A stretch of DNA of 64,000 bases, taken from NCBI GenBank assembly GCA_965237415.1, contig CBDEFM010000002.1, positions 3,072,001 through 3,136,000 of the forward strand, written 5' to 3'. A model generated the notes under the pieces. The model worked only from the letters and a program-made list of their open reading frames with translations, was not told the origin of the DNA and searched no databases. A program made the translations under genes and the position numbers. Below are positions 58,956-64,000 of this stretch, piece after piece (position 1 is the stretch's first letter; every line of letters starts with the position of its first letter). Source of the stretch: Alphaproteobacteria bacterium (GTDB lineage: Bacteria > Pseudomonadota > Alphaproteobacteria > UBA828).

Positions 58956-60491
58956 ATGGAGGATACGCAGCCGCAGCAGGGCGCCTGGACCATGCGACTG
59001 ATCGAGGGCCGGCAAGCCGATGCCGAGCTTGAGAATGTGGAAAGGGTGGAAGGCCTTGAGGCCGCCCCCGCCACGTTTCCCCTGGCGGATCTATCGCCCG
59101 TCGATTTCGAGCGGCTGAACTACGCCCTGTTCAAGAGCTCCTCGCCTCCCGGCGAACGTCGGATTTGGGACGACGCCGCTCTCATGCTGACCGGCGCCGA
59201 TGCAGGGCGGGACATCCTGCTGCTGGGAGGCGGCGCCGCACCGGGAGTCGTCCAATGCAAGAGACTGGGCGCTGCCATGGCGCGCCCTGCGGTTCTTCGC
59301 GAACTCTTCAAGTGCATTCTCTTCTGCACGCTCGACGCCTCATTGCCGCCGCTTTCCCCGCACGCGCATTACTTTCTTTCCCTGGCAAGGGATCCTGCCG
59401 GTACCGTCGTGGATTTCTTCGCGCAACCTTCGCAGTTCCTGAGTTCGCATCCATCGGACGTCTCCGAGGCGGTAAGAGACACGCTCAAATCGTATGGCTC
59501 ACTTCATGCGCTGGACTTCGACGACGCCTTAACCACCGTTCATCGGTATCTGCGATCGATGACTCTCCATCTGCTCAGACCGGTCGACTTGTATTTCTGG
59601 ATAGCTCAGGAACCGGACATCGCCAGGCGCTTCTTTCGACACCGCGTTGTTGTCGACAACGCTCCCGTCATGGACGAATTGGCCGCATTGCGCGGGAGCT
59701 TGGACGAAGTCGCTCGACAAACGAAAGGTATCTCCGCGATCACGGACGACGATGTGAAAATCATCAAGGACTACATCGATGGCGTTCCCGAATCGCACCG
59801 AACCTCGCTGGGCATTGCCTCCCTGTTCGGATTTCCGAGAGAAATGTTCGCCGGGGAAGAAAACTTCCGAAAACACCTGGAATCACTGGTGCGCGCACTC
59901 CAGGTCCTCCACACGGCTTACATCAATTGGATGAACTCCCGGGCCCAGGAGGAGGCGGCGCGAATTTGCGACATTCCGGAGATCCGGTTGACCGTTCATC
60001 CCTTCGCCCTGCAAATTGCCTCCGGCTACATGGGAACGCTGGCCGCAGACATCTCGCTTCGATCCCTGAGCGGCGAAGTGATGAGCTCGATCATCGAGAA
60101 AGCGACCAAGCGAAAGGCGCTTAGCGACGATGATGAAAGACTTGCGCACGTTTGCGAGCGCGTACTCGAACAGGGACGCCGACATCTTGCGCACGATTAC
60201 AGCCAGCTCGCCGGAGATGACGAACTGGTTGCGTTCAAGCGCCAGTTCTTCGACCGTCTCATGGCCGAAATTCCCGACAGGACAACACTGGAAGACGTCG
60301 TGCAAGACGGCAGGCGGAAACTGGAGCCGTACCTGAAGCAAGCGTCGTCGGAACTTCGGTCATTGGGGGGCTTTCGCCCAAGCGTGTTCCTGGCGGGAAC
60401 GAGCGGACTGGACAGCGACATCGCGATCGCGAAGATGGCGGACACCGCGCGGACATTGGACGGGCTTGGCGGTCGAGACGACGGAGGCTGA
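58956..60491 (+). CDS. Protein with N-terminal Mrr-like restriction endonuclease domain
   Basis: LSPVDFERL...GADAGRDI...VVQCKR. Confidence 0.72.
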   Translation: MEDTQPQQGAWTMRLIEGRQADAELENVERVEGLEAAPATFPLADLSPVDFERLNYALFKSSSPPGERRIWDDAALMLTGADAGRDILLLGGGAAPGVVQCKRLGAAMARPAVLRELFKCILFCTLDASLPPLSPHAHYFLSLARDPAGTVVDFFAQPSQFLSSHPSDVSEAVRDTLKSYGSLHALDFDDALTTVHRYLRSMTLHLLRPVDLYFWIAQEPDIARRFFRHRVVVDNAPVMDELAALRGSLDEVARQTKGISAITDDDVKIIKDYIDGVPESHRTSLGIASLFGFPREMFAGEENFRKHLESLVRALQVLHTAYINWMNSRAQEEAARICDIPEIRLTVHPFALQIASGYMGTLAADISLRSLSGEVMSSIIEKATKRKALSDDDERLAHVCERVLEQGRRHLAHDYSQLAGDDELVAFKRQFFDRLMAEIPDRTTLEDVVQDGRRKLEPYLKQASSELRSLGGFRPSVFLAGTSGLDSDIAIAKMADTARTLDGLGGRDDGG

Positions 60492-60679
60492 ATTTCTCAG
60501 GCTCGAAACATCGATGCCTGTCTGCCTTCCAGTACCTGCGTGGCGAGACTTTGTTCGTACGCATTGTCGACTTGAGATTTGCGACCGGTCGAAGCGGTCC
60601 TGACCAGTCCGCATTCTCGCGGCGGGACCTTTCAAGCAGGAACAGGAACGGCAGGCCGCGCGCAAGAACAATGACCGGG

Positions 60680-60859
60680 CGGGTCGGCGCCGACTGGCAG
60701 GCGGGGCAGGAGTTCCGTCTGCCGCCGGCCTGGCAGCCCGATGTCGGGTTTTCCGGCGGCGGCTACACCGAGGCCGGCGAGTTCAGCGACTTCTTCGAGG
60801 CCCTGTTCGGCGGCGCCGGGCACCGCCGCTCGGGTGGCGGCTTGCCGCGGATGGCCTAG
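60680..60859 (+). pseudogene. CbpA/DnaJ G/F-region fragment
   Basis: WQAGQEFR.PP.W...FSDFFEALFGG. Confidence 0.7.
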
Positions 60860-61260
60860 GCGAATGCGCACCCTACCACGTGATTCCTGGCGCCCTTCGT
60901 CGCCCGGCACCACCATAGCTGCGAATTTCGGGTTCGACTGCGATCCGCAGCTCAACCACGCTCGGCCGCATTCGCTCGCGCAAGCGGTCGAGCAGGGGTC
61001 GGCCGTCGCCGAGCGCCTCGTGACCGGCTGCCGGTCTCGGCTTGAAATGGTAATCTGCCGCCGCACTCCGACAGCAAGAGACCTCAGTTTGAATAAAATC
61101 GCATTCGGTTTGATGACTGATCCTGTAAATCCTGCGCCTCAAGCTAGGAGACGAGAAAATTTATTCAAGTATTACAATTCACTAAAGGAACAGCGCGCAA
61201 ATGGCTCCGGATTTGTTCCGGGCATCTCGCTCAGCGAGGTCCGTTGAACTCCGAGCAAAC

Positions 61261-61292
61261 ACGTGGATGGCCGGGACAAGCCCGGCCATGAC
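61261..61292. repeat. Alphaproteobacterial palindromic REP/RIME-like repeat
   Basis: ACGTGGATGGCCGGGACAAGCCCGGCCATGAC. Confidence 0.75.
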
Positions 61293-61454
61293 GTGGCAAG
61301 GGGACACGAGCGCAGCAGCGCACAGTCTCCCTCCCCGCCCGCATCGGCGCCGTGACCGGCGGTTGCGTTCCGCAGCCGCTGTTGGGACCATGGCCGCCGC
61401 CGCCTATGCCCTGGCGGCGGCCGGGTTTCACCATAGCGGGCGGCAGGCGCCAGC

Positions 61455-62162
61455 GTGACCGATATCGCCGAGGCCTTCGCGGCGGCCTTCTCCCTCGTCT
61501 ACCATCTCGACAGCGACCTGGGCGAGATCGTGCTCCTCTCGCTCCAGGTCAGCATCGGCGCCGTGGCGGTGGCGAGCGCGATCGGCCTGCCATTGGGCGC
61601 CGCCGTGGCGCTCTTCCGCTTCCCCGGCCGGGGCGCGGTCGTCGTCCTGCTCAATGCGTTGATGGGTCTGCCGCCGGTGGTGGTGGGCCTCGTGGTCTAC
61701 CTGGTGCTCTCGCGCGCAGGCCCGCTCGGCGTGCTCGGCCTGCTCTTCACGCCGACCGCCATGGTGATCGCCCAGGTGCTGCTGGTGACGCCCATCGTCG
61801 CGGCCCTCGCCCGCCAGGTGATCGAGGACCTGTGGAGCGAGTACGAGGAGCAGCTCCGCTCCCTCGGCGCGACGCCGCGGCGCGCGCTGACGGCGCTGCT
61901 CTGGGACGGGCGCTACAGCCTGCTGACCGCCGTGCTCGCGGGCTTCGGCCGCGCCATTGCCGAGGTCGGCGCGGTGATGATCGTCGGCGGCAACATCGAC
62001 CATGTGACCCGCGTCATGACCACGGCGATCGCGCTCGAGGTCTCCAAGGGCGACCTCGCGCTGGCGCTCGGCCTCGGCATTGTCCTGGTCGGGCTCTCCA
62101 TCGCCGTCAGCACCGCCGCAGCGCTCCTGCGCGGCACCCTGGCGCAGGGGTGGCCGCGATGA
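61455..62162 (+). CDS. tupB: Tungstate ABC transporter permease
   Basis: MGLPPVVVGL...LAGFGRAIAEVGA..IVGGNI...TRVMTTAIALE. Confidence 0.85.
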   Translation: MTDIAEAFAAAFSLVYHLDSDLGEIVLLSLQVSIGAVAVASAIGLPLGAAVALFRFPGRGAVVVLLNALMGLPPVVVGLVVYLVLSRAGPLGVLGLLFTPTAMVIAQVLLVTPIVAALARQVIEDLWSEYEEQLRSLGATPRRALTALLWDGRYSLLTAVLAGFGRAIAEVGAVMIVGGNIDHVTRVMTTAIALEVSKGDLALALGLGIVLVGLSIAVSTAAALLRGTLAQGWPR

Positions 62163-62920
62163 CGGCGGCCTCCATCCTGCCGCTGGAGCTTCAGGGCGTG
62201 AGCTTCGAGCGCGACCGGCAACGGTTGCTCAAGGAGGTCTCGGTGCGCATCGCCGAGGGGCCGAAGACGATCGTCCTGGGCCCCAACGGCGCGGGAAAGA
62301 GCCTTCTGCTCCGCCTCTGCCACGGGCTGATCGCACCCAGCGAGGGGGCGGTGTTGTGGCATGGCGCGGCCGGGCGCGATGCGCAGCGCTTCCAGGCGAT
62401 GGTGATGCAGCGCCCGGTCATGCTGCGCCGCTCGGTCGCCGCCAACATCGACTTCGCGCTCGGCCTGCGGCGTATTCCCCGGCCGGAGCGCCGGCGGCTG
62501 ATCGCCCATGCGCTGGAGCGCACCGGGCTCGGCGCCTTCGCGCGGGTGCCGGCGCGCGTGCTCTCCTTCGGCGAGCAGCAGCGGCTGGCGCTGGCGCGCT
62601 CCTGGGCGCTCAAGCCCCAGGTGCTCTTCCTCGACGAGCCCACCGCCAATCTCGACCCTGCGGCGACCCACGTGATAGAGGACGCGATCGTGGCCATGGC
62701 CCAGGAGGGAACCAAGATCATCATGACCACCCACGATCTCGGCCAGGCGCGCCGGCTTGCGGACGAGGTGATGTTCCTGCACCGCGGGCGCGTGCTGGAG
62801 CATGCGGCAGCGCCAGCGTTCTTTGCCGGGCCGGAGAACGAGCTCGCCAGCGCCTTCCTGCGGGGCGAGCTGCTCTGGTGGGAGCGCCGCGAGCTCACCC
62901 CGCCCACGGCCCGCGCGTAG
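62159..62920 (+). CDS. tupC: Tungstate ABC transporter ATPase
   Basis: GPNGAGKS, LSFGEQQR, LDEPTANLD, TTHD. Confidence 0.85.
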   Translation: MTAASILPLELQGVSFERDRQRLLKEVSVRIAEGPKTIVLGPNGAGKSLLLRLCHGLIAPSEGAVLWHGAAGRDAQRFQAMVMQRPVMLRRSVAANIDFALGLRRIPRPERRRLIAHALERTGLGAFARVPARVLSFGEQQRLALARSWALKPQVLFLDEPTANLDPAATHVIEDAIVAMAQEGTKIIMTTHDLGQARRLADEVMFLHRGRVLEHAAAPAFFAGPENELASAFLRGELLWWERRELTPPTARA

Positions 62921-63060
62921 AGCGTTTCCGTTTGGCACGGAAACGCTCTCGCTCTTTTGTCGCTCACGGCAGCCGGCCTGTGGCCGGCGCTTGCGCGGGC
63001 GCGGCCTGTCGCGCGTCCGTCAAAGACGGACGCGCTCTAAGCCACGCGAGAGCGCCTGGC

Positions 63061-63912
63061 GTGCGATCCCTTCCCCCGAGCCGACGCACCCGCGCGCGCG
63101 GCCTCCTTGCCTGGCTCGCGGCGGCGGCGCTCACGATCGTGCTGGCAATGCCGGCGGCGCGCGCCGGCGACTTCATCACCGTCGCTTCCACCACGTCCAC
63201 CCAGAACGCCGGCCTCTTCGACCGTCTATTGCCGCTGTTCGAGGCCGAGACCGGGATCGAGGTGCGCGTCGTCGCGGTCGGCACCGGCCAGGCGTTGCGG
63301 CTTGCGCGGAACGGCGATGCCGACCTCCTCCTGGTGCACGACAAGCCCTCCGAAGAGGCGTTCGTGGCGGCGGGCTACGGCAGCGCGCGCTTCGACCTGA
63401 TGTACAACGACTTCGTCGTGGTGGGCCCCGCGGGCGACCCGGCCGGGATCGCGGGTGCGGACGAGGCGGCGGCGGCGCTCGCCAAGATCGCGGCGGCGGA
63501 GGCGCCCTTCGTCAGCCGAGGCGACGACAGCGGCACCCACCGGCGCGAGCGCGCGCTCTGGGCGGCCGCCGGGGTGGACCCCACGGGCGCGTCGGGCACC
63601 TGGTACCGCGAGGCCGGCCAGGGCATGGGGGCGACGCTCAACACTGCCTCCATGATGGAGGCCTACACGCTCGCCGACCGCGGCACCTGGCTCTCGATGC
63701 GGGGCAGGCTCGACTTGCGCCTCCTGGTCGAGGGCGATGCGGGGCTCCGCAACCAGTATGGCGTCACCCTCGTAAGCGCGGAGACGCACCCGCACGTCAA
63801 GGCCGAGGCTGCCCGGCGCTTCGCCGTGTGGTTGATCTCGCCCGCCGGCCAGGCGGCGATCGACGGCTTCACCATCGACGGCGAGCGCCTCTTTATCCCG
63901 AACGCGAACTAG
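63061..63912 (+). CDS. tupA: Tungstate ABC transporter substrate-binding protein (start approximate)
   Basis: ASTTSTQNAGL, AVGTGQAL, MYNDFVVVGP, FVSRGDDSGTH. Confidence 0.88.
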   Translation: MRSLPPSRRTRARGLLAWLAAAALTIVLAMPAARAGDFITVASTTSTQNAGLFDRLLPLFEAETGIEVRVVAVGTGQALRLARNGDADLLLVHDKPSEEAFVAAGYGSARFDLMYNDFVVVGPAGDPAGIAGADEAAAALAKIAAAEAPFVSRGDDSGTHRRERALWAAAGVDPTGASGTWYREAGQGMGATLNTASMMEAYTLADRGTWLSMRGRLDLRLLVEGDAGLRNQYGVTLVSAETHPHVKAEAARRFAVWLISPAGQAAIDGFTIDGERLFIPNAN

Positions 63913-64000
63913 AAATGGCCCGTATAGTGGGATAAGCGGGCGGGCACGAGCACGGGAGCGGAGGCCGGCGCATGGCGGTAAAGATTCTACCCAAGGAAGA

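Noticed and set aside
1133-62305. Other isolated AGGCTCT/AGAGCCT heptamers
   Set aside because: Expected by chance, mostly inside coding sequence, with no flanking homology

Overview
This is a GC-rich accessory island, most likely from an alphaproteobacterium (alphaproteobacterial LexA boxes, a Bradyrhizobium-type palindromic repeat, RpoD style). Core-type genes (tungstate ABC transporter tupBCA) appear only in the last 2.5 kb. From 1 to 21.7 kb the window is a patchwork of IS and recombinase elements and gene fragments: IS66 with a DUF4338 passenger, three IS21 pieces, IS3/IS256 remnants, an intact IS1634, a serine recombinase/ParB module, a region-2-deleted RpoD paralogue and a PIN toxin-antitoxin (TA) pair. 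From 22 to 35 kb, two divergent Slam (type 11 secretion) + TbpB-like surface-lipoprotein operons flank a tandem pair of tyrosine integrases. Their leaders and signal peptides form a 129-bp inverted repeat (125/129 identical). The same leader recurs at 48.6 kb as a 40-bp direct repeat in front of a second, decayed integrase pair. This suggests a ~21-kb MobF-mobilisable element (relaxase, oriT-like site, TA modules) that integrates at the ribosome-binding site (RBS) of surface-lipoprotein genes and may also invert. At 52.7-54.1 kb a Cre-like recombinase is bracketed by two inverted 13-8-13 lox-like sites. Three stand-alone defence-like genes (SIR2, NERD-like, Mrr-like) follow. All family assignments come from motif recognition by eye; no database searches were run.
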